DNA from: Nitrospinota bacterium
Lineage (GTDB): Bacteria; 2-12-FULL-45-22; JACOWJ01
Length of the DNA: 25,876 bases
NCBI GenBank assembly: GCA_016176845.1
Contig: JACOWJ010000016.1
Span: 1 to 25,876 of the forward strand
Direction: 5' to 3'
Shown: piece by piece, positions 14,797 through 23,605 of the stretch
Numbering within the stretch: the stretch's first letter is position 1
Layout of the letters: each line of letters begins with the position of its first letter
Translations under genes and position numbers: made by a program
The notes under the pieces: generated by a model
Seen by the model: the letters and a program-made list of their open reading frames with translations, nothing else
Told to the model about the DNA's origin: nothing
Databases searched by the model: none

Positions 14797-16146
14797 ATGG
14801 AAGGGAAGAGGAAGAAGCTCTTCTACGGGTGGATCGTGGTGGCCATTGGGTTTATATCCATGGCCCTGGGTTATGGCGTCCGTTACATGTATCCCATCTT
14901 CTTCATCGAACTGGAAGAGAAATTCGGGTGGACCCGGACCCAGACCTACGGTTCCTTCAGCTTGAAGATGCTCGTTTATGCCTTCGCGGCACCCCTGGCA
15001 GGGGCCCTGTTCGACCGGTTCGGGCCCCGTAAGCTCTTTCCCGCCGCGGCCCTGCTGATCGCCCTGGGGCTGCTTGGCTGCAGCCAGATCAGCCAGCTCT
15101 GGCACCTATACCTTTTCGGTGGGGTCCTGATTCCGCTGGGAATGGTCTCACTGGGCGTGGCCCCGCACAGCGCCCTCCTCTCCAACTGGTTCGTCAAGAA
15201 CCGGGGGCTGGTGATCGGCCTGGCCGCTGCGGGACTGGGGTTCGGCGGTGGGTTTCTCCCCCGGTTGGCTCAGTGGCTCATCTCGAACTACGGCTTTCGC
15301 TGGGCTTATGCCCTCCTGGGCCTGGGGCTCTTCCTGATCGTCGCGCCGCCCACGGCCCTCTTCCAGCGCCACCGGCCACAGGATAAGGGGCTCCTGCCGG
15401 ATGGGGAGGCCCCCGAACGGGAGGGGACGGCGGTTGCCCCCCGGCCCAGGCTGGACATGGTGGTTGACCGGGACTGGGCCGAGACGGAGTGGACGCTGGG
15501 GAGGGCGCTCCGCACCCGTCGGTTCTGGCTTTTCTTTGCCACCAAGTTCCTCCTGCTGATCGGCGTTTATGGGGTGATGATGCACGAGGTGGCCTTCGCT
15601 GTGGATATGGGCTTCAGCAAGACCACCGCCAGTTGGGCCTTTGGCCTCACCCTCTTTCTGGGGGCCTTCGCCAAGATCATCTGGGGGGGCATGGGAGATC
15701 GCATCGGCCGGGAGCTTACTTACAGCTTCACGATGTTCCTGGCCTCCGTGGCCATCCTGTTGTTTCTCTCGGTGCGGGACCCCTCCCAGGTCTGGTTTCT
15801 CTATGTGGCTGCCGGCTTATACGGCCTGGGCTACGGGGCCATCGTCTCCATCCTGGCCCCGACGTGCGCCGACCTCTTTCAGGGCAAGTCCCTGGGGGCC
15901 ATCTATGGCTTCTCCCTGGTAGCCGCCGGGACGGGCGGGGCCCTGGGTCCTTTCTTCTCGGCCTACATCTTCGACACTACGGGAGGTTACACGCCGGCAT
16001 TCCTGGTGGATCTGGCAGCCATCAACCTCTCCAGCGCTCTGATATGGGTCGTCGCCCCCAGGAAGGTGCGCCTGGTCGTGGGAAGGGCGCAGGCCCGGGC
16101 CCGGCAGGGAGCCCTGGCGGTGCTGAGAGAGGGGGAAGCGGGCTAG
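14797..16146 (+). CDS. MFS-family transporter with 12 predicted TM segments.
   Basis: Hydrophobic segments occur throughout. GALFDRFGPRK is an MFS loop 2-3 motif. GGGGGAGGG lies upstream of the ATG. Confidence 0.8.
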   Translation: MEGKRKKLFYGWIVVAIGFISMALGYGVRYMYPIFFIELEEKFGWTRTQTYGSFSLKMLVYAFAAPLAGALFDRFGPRKLFPAAALLIALGLLGCSQISQLWHLYLFGGVLIPLGMVSLGVAPHSALLSNWFVKNRGLVIGLAAAGLGFGGGFLPRLAQWLISNYGFRWAYALLGLGLFLIVAPPTALFQRHRPQDKGLLPDGEAPEREGTAVAPRPRLDMVVDRDWAETEWTLGRALRTRRFWLFFATKFLLLIGVYGVMMHEVAFAVDMGFSKTTASWAFGLTLFLGAFAKIIWGGMGDRIGRELTYSFTMFLASVAILLFLSVRDPSQVWFLYVAAGLYGLGYGAIVSILAPTCADLFQGKSLGAIYGFSLVAAGTGGALGPFFSAYIFDTTGGYTPAFLVDLAAINLSSALIWVVAPRKVRLVVGRAQARARQGALAVLREGEAG

Positions 16147-16321
16147 TCTAGTGTCTGAACGAAAACCCCGATTTTTAGGTAGCTACAAAAATCGGTCATG
16201 GTTCGACAGGCTCACCATGACCGGTCACCCTGAGCTTGTCGAAGGGCCTGTCCTTTTTCGTCCAGACACTAATTGTGACGCAGCCCCAGTTCCGTGGACA
16301 AAATGAGGGGAGGAAAGGAAA

Positions 16322-17434
16322 ATGGGAAAGGGCAGATCGGTGATCCAAAGGAGAAAACCTGTTTTCGCGCTCTGGCTGGGCCTCTTCCTGGCGTTTCCCG
16401 CCCATGCCATCGCCGCCGTTCCGGCATGGGTGAGCCCCAAGGAGGCGATTGGGCCCAACCTGGCCCGCTTCCAGCAGGGGAAGAAGGAGCTCACCGACCG
16501 GGAGAAGGAGGAGATTAAGAAGTACGGCTACACCGGCCTGGAGGTGATGACCTATGTGGACAGCAACCGCGAGACGCGGGGCAAGCCCGACTACACGATC
16601 TACCACCGCTGCCTCAATGTCACCGCCCGGGGGGGCAACATCCGAGCCTCGGGCATCCTCCAGAAGTACAAGTTCTACTACCCGGGCTACACCGCCCGCA
16701 TGAAGCAGGAGGGGATCAAGCCGGGAGACGTCGAGTACCGGGTCATCTCCCTGCTCACCAGCCCGGCCGAGACCAAGGGCGATACCACCATGAAGACCTT
16801 TTACCTGGCGGCGCCGGGATACCGCAAGGACAGCGACAACTGGCAGTATAGCAAGAAAACCCGCAAGGTCACCCGCAGCGTGGTTGCCAAGCGCCAGGAC
16901 GAGGGGATGATGATCACCACCCGCGACGACGACGAAGGGCGGGAGCCCTGGGAGGAGGAGCACCGGATCCTGGGGGAGGACGTTTACAAGGGACAGGCCT
17001 GCCTGGTGGTCGAGAGCATCCATTGGATCGTGAAAAATTACTACCTGAGCCGGCGGATCACCTGGGTGGAGAAGACGAATTTCCTGGACCTCCATGAGGA
17101 GCAGTTCGACCGACAGGGCATCCTCTTCAAGATCTTAGAGAAGGACTGGTTCCAGGTGAGGCCCTCCAACTACTGGTTCCCTCGGGAGACCAACAGCATC
17201 AAGTTCCCCTCCGGGCGAAGAACGATCCACCAGACTCCGATCTATATGGTGCATGAGGGGGCGATCAAGGAGAAGGACGACTACAACATGCAGGGCATCC
17301 GCAAGCAGGTCCCCTGGGTAGAAGTCGATGGCGTACTCCCCCCGGTAACCGGTTTCGCCAGCATACCTCCCGAGCCCCAGCCGAGGCTGGAGTTCTGGGA
17401 GAAGATGGGGATCAAGGTCCAGGTGAAACAATAA
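16322..17434 (+). CDS. Secreted protein, putatively of the LolA-like/DUF1329 outer-membrane lipoprotein-sorting-like family. The CDS itself is secure; the product assignment is tentative.
   Basis: Signal peptide VFALWLGLFLAFPAHAIAA. The C-terminal region YYLSRRITWVEKTNFLDLHEEQFDRQGILFKILEKDWFQVRPSNYWFP resembles the LolA-like family. GAGGGGAGGAAAGGAAA precedes the ATG. Confidence 0.5.
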   Translation: MGKGRSVIQRRKPVFALWLGLFLAFPAHAIAAVPAWVSPKEAIGPNLARFQQGKKELTDREKEEIKKYGYTGLEVMTYVDSNRETRGKPDYTIYHRCLNVTARGGNIRASGILQKYKFYYPGYTARMKQEGIKPGDVEYRVISLLTSPAETKGDTTMKTFYLAAPGYRKDSDNWQYSKKTRKVTRSVVAKRQDEGMMITTRDDDEGREPWEEEHRILGEDVYKGQACLVVESIHWIVKNYYLSRRITWVEKTNFLDLHEEQFDRQGILFKILEKDWFQVRPSNYWFPRETNSIKFPSGRRTIHQTPIYMVHEGAIKEKDDYNMQGIRKQVPWVEVDGVLPPVTGFASIPPEPQPRLEFWEKMGIKVQVKQ

Positions 17435-17511
17435 GGGGCTAAAGAGCTCGTAGCTCATGGCTCATAGCTATGAGCTACGAGCCATGAGCTAGGGCTAGGG
17501 AATCATTCCCC
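17435..17511. repeat. Imperfect long palindrome carrying CTAGGGCTAGGG and flanked by GGGG...CCCC. It sits immediately after the stop of the preceding gene. It could be a terminator or a variant of the TAGGG repeat family.
   Basis: ggggctaaagagctcgtagctcatggctcatagctatgagctacgagccatgagctagggctagggaatcattcccc. Confidence 0.5.
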
Positions 17512-17787
17512 TTACGATCGCTTCATCCGGTTGTGTTCCATATTGAAAATCATCCTGTTATTCCGATCGAGCATGTCGCACAGCCTTTCCCTCTCTCTCG
17601 TCGTAAGCCTTCGCTCTGCCTTGAGTTGAGCCTCTCTTGCCTTTATCCGGTCCAATCTCTCTTGTAGGATTCTAGCCTCTCCCCTGGTAAGTCTTCCCGA
17701 TGCAATCCCTTGGTGAATTCTATGCTGCTGTCTCTTTTAATGGATTACATTCGGGGGGGAAAAGTCAAGAATAGTCTATCAAAAGGC

Positions 17788-17815
17788 TTGACTGGGGAAT
17801 CAAGGCGGCTATAAT
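17788..17815 (+). promoter_or_regulatory. Sigma70-like promoter candidate: TTGACT, a 16-nt spacer, then a consensus TATAAT. It lies about 160 nt upstream of the FabV-like gene.
   Basis: The -35 hexamer is at 17788-17793 and the -10 hexamer at 17810-17815. Confidence 0.45.
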
Positions 17816-17977
17816 TCGAATAGATTCGCCCTCGTACATAAGGGAAGCCCTCTATAAGGTTTTATCCGGCCTAAACCGGCATAGCCAGGCAGAGTTGACC
17901 GCCCCCCGAGAATGAAACTGAGCTCCAAAGAGACTCGGGCAATTTCACGGTAAAAAATTTCATTCATGGAGGATCGA

Positions 17978-19177
17978 ATGTCGTACGAAATCCCGAGTAC
18001 TTTTGCCAGGCCCGCACCAGGCTTGCGCATCAAAGAAGGTGCTCCTGCCATTCCCCGGCCGACCAAGGAGGAGATTGCCTCTTTTCCCGAGGAGGCGCGA
18101 AAGCTTCTTGCCCAAAACTGGGGCGCGCAGGCGCCCTTGGTGAAGACGGGGCCATATTCTCTGAAGTGGTTGGAAGGAAGACATTTCCTTCTTGCCGGCG
18201 CCACTGGGCCCGGCCTGGGGGGAGCCCTGGCAACCGCGGTCCTAAACCTTCTTGGAGACTCCGGCAGTCTCACCGTCGTTGCCCGAGACCTGACCCGATC
18301 CATCGGGTACGAGACAGGAGTCGCCATGCAGAGGCAGGCAGAGGAGGCCGGCCTCGGAAAGCGATTCCACTGGCTCAACGACGGCCTGGCTTTGGAGGGA
18401 GAAGAGATCGAGAAGATCGTGTCCGCACTCTGGGAGGGAGGCGCGGATCGTGTGCTCTATATCAATACCGTCGCGGCGGCTAGCTCTGGGCTCCTCCCGG
18501 GTTGTCCCCCGGTGTTCGTAAAGGACGTGGACGAGAAAGGGCTTTTTCAATGGCAGCTCTCCCCCCTCAACGAACGAAGCATCGAGGCCACCCGGTTTAT
18601 CATGGGAACGATGGCGGTCCAGTTCCCCCACGAGCTGGAGAAGACCGGCATTCAGGTGGAAGCGACCGCATTCGCTGACTGGCGGGGCAGCCTGGATCGT
18701 TGCAGCCGAGATCCTGCCGCTCCCGAGTACGGCCGGCAAGGCGCATATTCGACAAGTCTCTATCTGCCCAAGGATATCCTCCAGGAGGCCACTGCCTCTG
18801 CCTATGGATCGGGAAAGATCCTCCTCGATATCTTCTTCCCGATCATGAGGACCCGGGCGCTGGGCTTCATTCCCGGGGGTACGACCATGTCTTGTGTTTA
18901 CAACAACCTGATGAAACGGGAAGGCGTGCGTCGGATCGACGTCCCGGAGTTAGCGTTGGCTATGCTGGACCGGATCGGCAGGGCGATCGACCAGGGTGAC
19001 GACAACCCGTTTCCCCGGCTTGACGCCCACGAGGCGCCGCTTGATTTATGGTTCTGCGAAGTGGTCAAACGCCTGAACGAGGACGAGGAGAGCGAGTTCT
19101 ACTTCAAAAGATGGATCGAAGGCAACTGGCGAGTCCTTGCAAAGGGCGATGCAATGCGCAACTTGCGCTTGAAATGA
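17978..19177 (+). CDS. Divergent FabV/TER-family (trans-2-enoyl-CoA/ACP reductase-like) protein.
   Basis: HFLLAGATGPGLGGALATAVL matches the FabV Rossmann segment (RVLVIGASTGYGLAARI). ADRVLYINTVAAAS and GKILLDIFFPIMRTRALG are collinear with FabV blocks. GGAGG lies 5 nt upstream of the second ATG at 17978. Confidence 0.45.
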   Translation: MSYEIPSTFARPAPGLRIKEGAPAIPRPTKEEIASFPEEARKLLAQNWGAQAPLVKTGPYSLKWLEGRHFLLAGATGPGLGGALATAVLNLLGDSGSLTVVARDLTRSIGYETGVAMQRQAEEAGLGKRFHWLNDGLALEGEEIEKIVSALWEGGADRVLYINTVAAASSGLLPGCPPVFVKDVDEKGLFQWQLSPLNERSIEATRFIMGTMAVQFPHELEKTGIQVEATAFADWRGSLDRCSRDPAAPEYGRQGAYSTSLYLPKDILQEATASAYGSGKILLDIFFPIMRTRALGFIPGGTTMSCVYNNLMKREGVRRIDVPELALAMLDRIGRAIDQGDDNPFPRLDAHEAPLDLWFCEVVKRLNEDEESEFYFKRWIEGNWRVLAKGDAMRNLRLK

Positions 19178-19245
19178 TCCCGTCAAAGTGGTAAAGTTAA
19201 GCTACTTTCCGATCGAGACCAGGCGGTAGAGCCGAGGGGACGTGT

Positions 19246-19294
19246 ACTAGTCCCTAGTCACTAAAAAAATGGAATTCCTGGACGATAAATTTAT
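19246..19294 (+). repeat. Partial copy of the TAGGG-element terminal module (ctagtccctagtcac...AATGGAATTCCTGGACGATAAATTTAT). It sits directly at the gpsA start.
   Basis: About 25 of 30 positions match 10476-10503. Confidence 0.5.
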
Positions 19295-20312
19295 GAAAAG
19301 GGTGGCGGTGATCGGGGCGGGTAGCTGGGGCACCACGCTGGCCAATCTGTTGGCCGATCGGGAATTGGAGGTCGGGCTGTGGGTCTATGAGCGCGATCTG
19401 TGCCAGGTGATGATCCAAAAACGGGAAAACCCTCTTTACCTGCCGGGTTTTCCCCTGTCCCCGGGGGTTCATCCTGCTTCCAGCCTGGAGGAGGTTGCGC
19501 GGGGAGCGGAGTCCTTCATAACGGTTTGTCCCTCTCAAACGTTACGGGGCGTCATCGCTGAGTTGGTTCCCTTCCTGCCGTTTCATCCCCTGATCGTTAG
19601 TGCCTCCAAAGGATTGGAAAAGCTTTCGCTCTACACTTGCTCTCAAGTATTGGAGGAGGCCGTTCCAGCGGCCTTGCAACCCAGGATTGCCGTGCTTTCG
19701 GGACCGAGCTTCGCCCGGGAGGTGAGTCAAGGGCATCCCACGTTGGTGGTTGCATCCTCTAAGGAACCCGAAGCGGCCGGGCAGGTTCAACGGCTCTTCT
19801 CCACTTCCGCCTTTCGGGTTTACACCAATACCGACATGTTGGGAGTGGAGTTGGGCGCGGCGCTGAAGAACGTGATCGCGATCGCAGCCGGGATCTCTGA
19901 TGGCCTCCGTTTCGGCCACAATGCCCGTGCGGCCCTGATCACGCGGGGATTGGCGGAGATCGCCCGGCTGGGGGTGGCCATGGGGGCCTCCCCTTTGACC
20001 TTTTCCGGGTTGGCCGGAATGGGAGATCTGGTCTTGACCTGCACCGGAGACCTCAGCCGCAACCGCAGCCTGGGACTTCGGCTGGGACAAGGGCAAAGGT
20101 TGGAAGAGATCCTGCGCGAGATGAAGGCGATCGCTGAGGGGGTAGAGACTGTACAGGCCGCCGTAGCCCTTGGGAGGAGGTACCCGGTGGAGATGCCGAT
20201 CTCGGAGGCGGTCCACGCGGTATTATACGAAGGAAAGAGACCCCAAGAAGCCGTGGCGGAATTGATGGGGCGAGCCCCGCGCCCGGAGTTCGAGGAGTGG
20301 CTGATCGCTTAG
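19293..20312 (+). CDS. gpsA: NAD(P)H-dependent glycerol-3-phosphate dehydrogenase.
   Basis: MKRVAVIGAGSWGTTLANLLA... is the canonical GpsA N-terminus. The length and C-terminal blocks also fit. Confidence 0.9.
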   Translation: MKRVAVIGAGSWGTTLANLLADRELEVGLWVYERDLCQVMIQKRENPLYLPGFPLSPGVHPASSLEEVARGAESFITVCPSQTLRGVIAELVPFLPFHPLIVSASKGLEKLSLYTCSQVLEEAVPAALQPRIAVLSGPSFAREVSQGHPTLVVASSKEPEAAGQVQRLFSTSAFRVYTNTDMLGVELGAALKNVIAIAAGISDGLRFGHNARAALITRGLAEIARLGVAMGASPLTFSGLAGMGDLVLTCTGDLSRNRSLGLRLGQGQRLEEILREMKAIAEGVETVQAAVALGRRYPVEMPISEAVHAVLYEGKRPQEAVAELMGRAPRPEFEEWLIA

Positions 20313-20336
20313 CGGCTTTTAAATTGCCGATGATCA

Positions 20337-20413
20337 AGTTAGGGGGTTAGGGATTAGGGACTAGGGGCTAGTGAAGAAGAATTTTTGCTAATCCCTAGCC
20401 CCTAGTCCCTTAA
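20337..20413 (+). repeat. TAGGG-type palindromic repeat element, copy 4. It has near-perfect arms and lacks the terminal module.
   Basis: agttagggggttagggattagggactaggggctagtgaagaagaatttttgctaatccctagcccctagtccctta. Confidence 0.7.
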
Positions 20414-20457
20414 AATCGGTGTCCATCTGTGTCTCCAACCAAGGAAACGGCGGTACG

Positions 20458-21225
20458 ATGAATTTATCCTCTTTGAAGAAGCTGCTGGAAGAGCTGTACG
20501 AGCAAAAACTGGAGCCCCAACAGGCTTTAAAGCAGTTGAAAAGCTGGCCTTATGAGGATCTGGGCTTCGCCCAGATTGACCACCACCGGAGCCTGCGCAA
20601 GGGCTTTCCAGAGGTGATCTATTGCGAGGGGAAGAGCAAGGAGCAGGTCTGTCAGATCGCCGAACGGATTTTGATGGCAGGCAGCTCTGTCCTGGCAACT
20701 CGGGCCGCTCCCGAGGTGTACGACCAGATGAAGCTGATCGACGGCCGGGCCCAGTATCACCCCCTGGCCCGGACCGTGACCATCGAGGTCCACTCAGAAC
20801 GCCAGGGGACTCGAGGAAGGGTCCTGATCGTGACGGCAGGCACCTCCGATATCCCCGTTGCGGAGGAGGCCCTGGTGACCGCGCAGGTCCTGGGCAGTAC
20901 CGTCGAACGTCTCTATGACGTGGGGGTAGCCGGCATCCACCGCCTGCTGGACAAAAAGGACCAGCTGATGGAGGCCCGTGTGATCGTGGTGGTGGCCGGG
21001 ATGGATGGCGCCCTGGCCAGCGTGGTAGGAGGGCTGGTCGACAAGCCGGTGATCGCGGTTCCCACCAGTGTGGGCTATGGGGCCAGCTTTGGAGGCCTGG
21101 CGGCCCTCTTGACCATGTTGAACAGCTGCGCCACGGGGACGGCCACGGTCAACATTGACAACGGCTTCGGGGCCGGCTACCTGGCCCATAAGATCAACCT
21201 GCTCGGGGAGTTCCCGATAGAATGA
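20458..21225 (+). CDS. larB: LarB: nickel-pincer cofactor biosynthesis, PurE-like pyridinium-3,5-biscarboxylic acid mononucleotide synthase.
   Basis: The N-terminal domain reads DLGFAQIDHHRSLRKGFPEVIYCEGKS. The PurE-like domain reads RVLIVTAGTSDIPVAEEA...VIVVVAGMDGALASVVGGLVDKPVIAVPTSVGYG. Its stop overlaps the larC start (ATGA). Confidence 0.8.
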   Translation: MNLSSLKKLLEELYEQKLEPQQALKQLKSWPYEDLGFAQIDHHRSLRKGFPEVIYCEGKSKEQVCQIAERILMAGSSVLATRAAPEVYDQMKLIDGRAQYHPLARTVTIEVHSERQGTRGRVLIVTAGTSDIPVAEEALVTAQVLGSTVERLYDVGVAGIHRLLDKKDQLMEARVIVVVAGMDGALASVVGGLVDKPVIAVPTSVGYGASFGGLAALLTMLNSCATGTATVNIDNGFGAGYLAHKINLLGEFPIE

Positions 21226-22445
21226 AGATCCTCTATATCGATGCCTTCTCGGGCATCAGCGGGGATATGTTTCTGGGGGCGTTGGTAGACCTGGGCGTGG
21301 ATCTCGCCCAGCTAAAAAACCAGCTGGGCCAATTGGCCCTGCGTGGCTACCAGTTAACCTCGTCGAAGGTCCACAAGAAGGGGCTGGCGGCCACGAAGGT
21401 CGATGTGGAGCTCACGCCAGGGCTCGCCCAGGAGTTCCGCCACTGGCCGGAGATTCGCCCATTGATCTCGGAGAGCACGCTTCCCGAAGCGCTGAAGGCC
21501 GATAGCTTCCGGGTCTTCGAGCGGTTGGTTCAGGCCGAGGCTCGCGTCCATGGGGTTCCGCCGGAAGAGGTCCACTTTCACGAGCTGGCCGTCCAGGACA
21601 CCATCGTGGACATCGTGGGCGCCGTCATCGGAGTCCACAGCCTGGGCGTAGACCGGATCATCTCCTCGCCGCTCAACCTGGGCCAGGGCCGAATTCGAAC
21701 GGCCCATGGGGAATATCCGGTCCCGGGTCCGGCGGTCCTGCAGCTGCTGGTGGGCTACCCGGCCTATTCCACCGACTGCGGCTTTGAGCTGACCACTCCG
21801 ACGGGTGCCGCCATTGCCACCACCCTGGCGGCGGAGTTCGGCCCGCTGCCCGCGATGCGCGTGGCGGGGGTCGGTTACGGAGCCGGCACCCGGGAGCTGC
21901 CCCACTCCCCCAACGTGTTGCGGCTCGTCCTGGGGGAAGCCTCGACCTCCGGGGAGGAGGACCAGGTGATCGTCATCGAGACCAACATCGACGATATGAA
22001 CCCGGAGTTCTACCCCCCAATCATGGAGCGACTCCTGGGGTTGGGAGCGCTGGATGTGGCCCTGACCCCCATCATCATGAAGAAAGGCCGGCCGGGCACC
22101 CGCCTCTCCGTCCTGGCGGAGGAGAAGGACCAGGAAAGGCTCACCCTGGCCCTCTTCGAGGAGAGCTCCACGCTGGGGGTGCGGTTTTATCCGGTACGCC
22201 GCAGGAAGCTTTCTCGCGTCGAGCAGCCGGTCCCCACTCCTTACGGGCCGGTAAAGGTTAAGGTCGGGCTTTCAGACGGCCGGCCTATCCAGCTCGCCCC
22301 GGAGCTGGAGGACTGTTATCGGTTGGCTCGCGAACGCAACCTTCCCCTGAAGGAGATTTACGAGGCGGCCCAGGCAGCGGCTCGGGAGCTATGGAGTAAA
22401 GGGACCCTCCCCGGGAAGCTCCCTTCGGGGCCGGCCGAGGCTTGA
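21222..22445 (+). CDS. larC: LarC: nickel insertion protein (DUF111 family).
   Basis: MKILYIDAFSGISGDMFLGALVDLGVDL is the characteristic LarC N-terminus. The length is about 400 aa. Confidence 0.85.
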   Translation: MKILYIDAFSGISGDMFLGALVDLGVDLAQLKNQLGQLALRGYQLTSSKVHKKGLAATKVDVELTPGLAQEFRHWPEIRPLISESTLPEALKADSFRVFERLVQAEARVHGVPPEEVHFHELAVQDTIVDIVGAVIGVHSLGVDRIISSPLNLGQGRIRTAHGEYPVPGPAVLQLLVGYPAYSTDCGFELTTPTGAAIATTLAAEFGPLPAMRVAGVGYGAGTRELPHSPNVLRLVLGEASTSGEEDQVIVIETNIDDMNPEFYPPIMERLLGLGALDVALTPIIMKKGRPGTRLSVLAEEKDQERLTLALFEESSTLGVRFYPVRRRKLSRVEQPVPTPYGPVKVKVGLSDGRPIQLAPELEDCYRLARERNLPLKEIYEAAQAAARELWSKGTLPGKLPSGPAEA

Positions 22446-22467
22446 AGCCAACGGGGATCGAGGAGAA

Positions 22468-22496
22468 TTGCAACCTTGGTGTGAAAGTGTTATATA
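22468..22496 (+). promoter_or_regulatory. Sigma70-like promoter candidate: TTGCAA, a 17-nt spacer, then TATATA. It lies upstream of the OmpA-family gene.
   Basis: Hexamers are at 22468-22473 and 22491-22496. Confidence 0.4.
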
Positions 22497-22688
22497 GAAC
22501 GTGGAGAGTTCGATGCCACGTTTATCGGGGACTAGTTTGAAAGCCCAATTGGGCCGAGCGCCGGTCGCAAGAAACGATGAACATTTTTTGGCCAAGCTGT
22601 ACCAATAGCCGAAAGGTGGGTTTAGATCCTTAGCCCCGGTTTTTCGTTCGGGGAAGAGGATGGTTAACCTTCAGAGGAGAAAGGGAAG

Positions 22689-23405
22689 ATGAGCGTGCTG
22701 AAGAAGATGACGGCCCTGACCCTGGTGGCCAGCCTGGGAGGTGGCGGTTGCGCCAACTGGCAATGGGGCAAACGAGAAACGGGGGCGGTGATCGGAGCTG
22801 CCGCAGGGGCTGCGATCGGGGCCGCGGGGGCCAAGCGGCAAACCAGAGGGGCCCTGGTCGGAGCCGCCGCAGGGGCCCTGGTGGGCGGCCTCATCGGGTG
22901 GTACCTGGACAACCAGCAGAAGGAAATGGAACAGTTGGCCAGCCAGATCAATGCCCAGCAGCAGACTGCACGACAGCAAGATCAATCCCCCATCAGAGCG
23001 GTACGGCAGGAGGATCAGCTGGTGATCATTATGCCCAGCAGCACCCTCTTCGACACCAATTCCACCCAGCTGCATCCCGGCGCCCAGAACAGCCTGCGAG
23101 AGGTGGCCGATATCCTCAAGCGCTATCCCCACTCCGATGTGATCATCGGGGGGCACACCGACGGCACGGGGACTTCGACTTACAACCAACGGCTCTCCGA
23201 GGAGCGGGCTGATGCGGTCCGGGCCTTTCTGGTGGCCCAGGGGGTAGACCCCAATCGTCTTTCTGCCCGCGGATATGGGGAGACCATGCCCGTTGCCAGT
23301 AACGAGACCACTGCCGGGCGGCAGCAGAACCGCCGGGTGGAGCTTCAGGTTAAGCCTCGGGCGGATGAGCTGGTCAAGGAATACCCGTCCGGCCCTCCGG
23401 CCTGA
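22689..23405 (+). CDS. OmpA-family lipoprotein with an N-terminal glycine-zipper region.
   Basis: Lipobox-like SLGGGGC. Glycine zipper GAVIGAAAGAAIGAAGA...GAAAGALVGGLIG. C-terminal OmpA_C: DVIIGGHTDGTGTSTYNQRLSEERADAVRAFLVAQGVDPNRLSARGYGE...NRRVEL. Confidence 0.85.
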   Translation: MSVLKKMTALTLVASLGGGGCANWQWGKRETGAVIGAAAGAAIGAAGAKRQTRGALVGAAAGALVGGLIGWYLDNQQKEMEQLASQINAQQQTARQQDQSPIRAVRQEDQLVIIMPSSTLFDTNSTQLHPGAQNSLREVADILKRYPHSDVIIGGHTDGTGTSTYNQRLSEERADAVRAFLVAQGVDPNRLSARGYGETMPVASNETTAGRQQNRRVELQVKPRADELVKEYPSGPPA

Positions 23406-23439
23406 AAAGGGAAGAGAAGTTTCCCGGGGTGCGAGTTTA

Positions 23440-23470
23440 AGGGGTGAACCGAATGGTTCACCCCTTTGTG
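23440..23470 (+). terminator. Rho-independent terminator after the OmpA-family gene.
   Basis: aGGGGTGAACC gaat GGTTCACCCCt is a perfect 10-11-bp stem with a 4-nt loop, followed by TTTGTG. Confidence 0.6.
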
Positions 23471-23605
23471 CATCTGATTTAAAACGTTAGCAACCCAGAA
23501 AGGGTTTCCTTGCCCATCTTCGCTCAAAGAAGGGTTTACCGTGAAAATGCCAAAGTCTTGCTGAAGTCCATTTTCATTCTCGGGAGCGGCCAGCTCAGCC
23601 TGGCC

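Noticed and set aside
16199-16210. GGTTCGA-containing stretch inspected as a possible tRNA T-arm. The whole window was also scanned for tRNA, rRNA and CRISPR signatures.
   Set aside because: No GTTCGAATCC-type T-loop with a matching acceptor or anticodon context. No rRNA-like conserved blocks. No regularly spaced direct repeats with unique spacers.
19269-19292. Upstream ATG start of gpsA (MEFLDDKF...) given on the ORF track.
   Set aside because: These eight extra codons are encoded by the terminal module of the TAGGG repeat. The canonical GpsA N-terminus MKRVAVIGAGSWGT begins at 19293.
23510-23605. TTG-initiated 32-codon N-terminal extension of the hypothetical secreted protein.
   Set aside because: The extension precedes an ideal signal peptide that begins at the ATG at 23606. 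An internal signal peptide after a 32-aa hydrophilic lead is unlikely.
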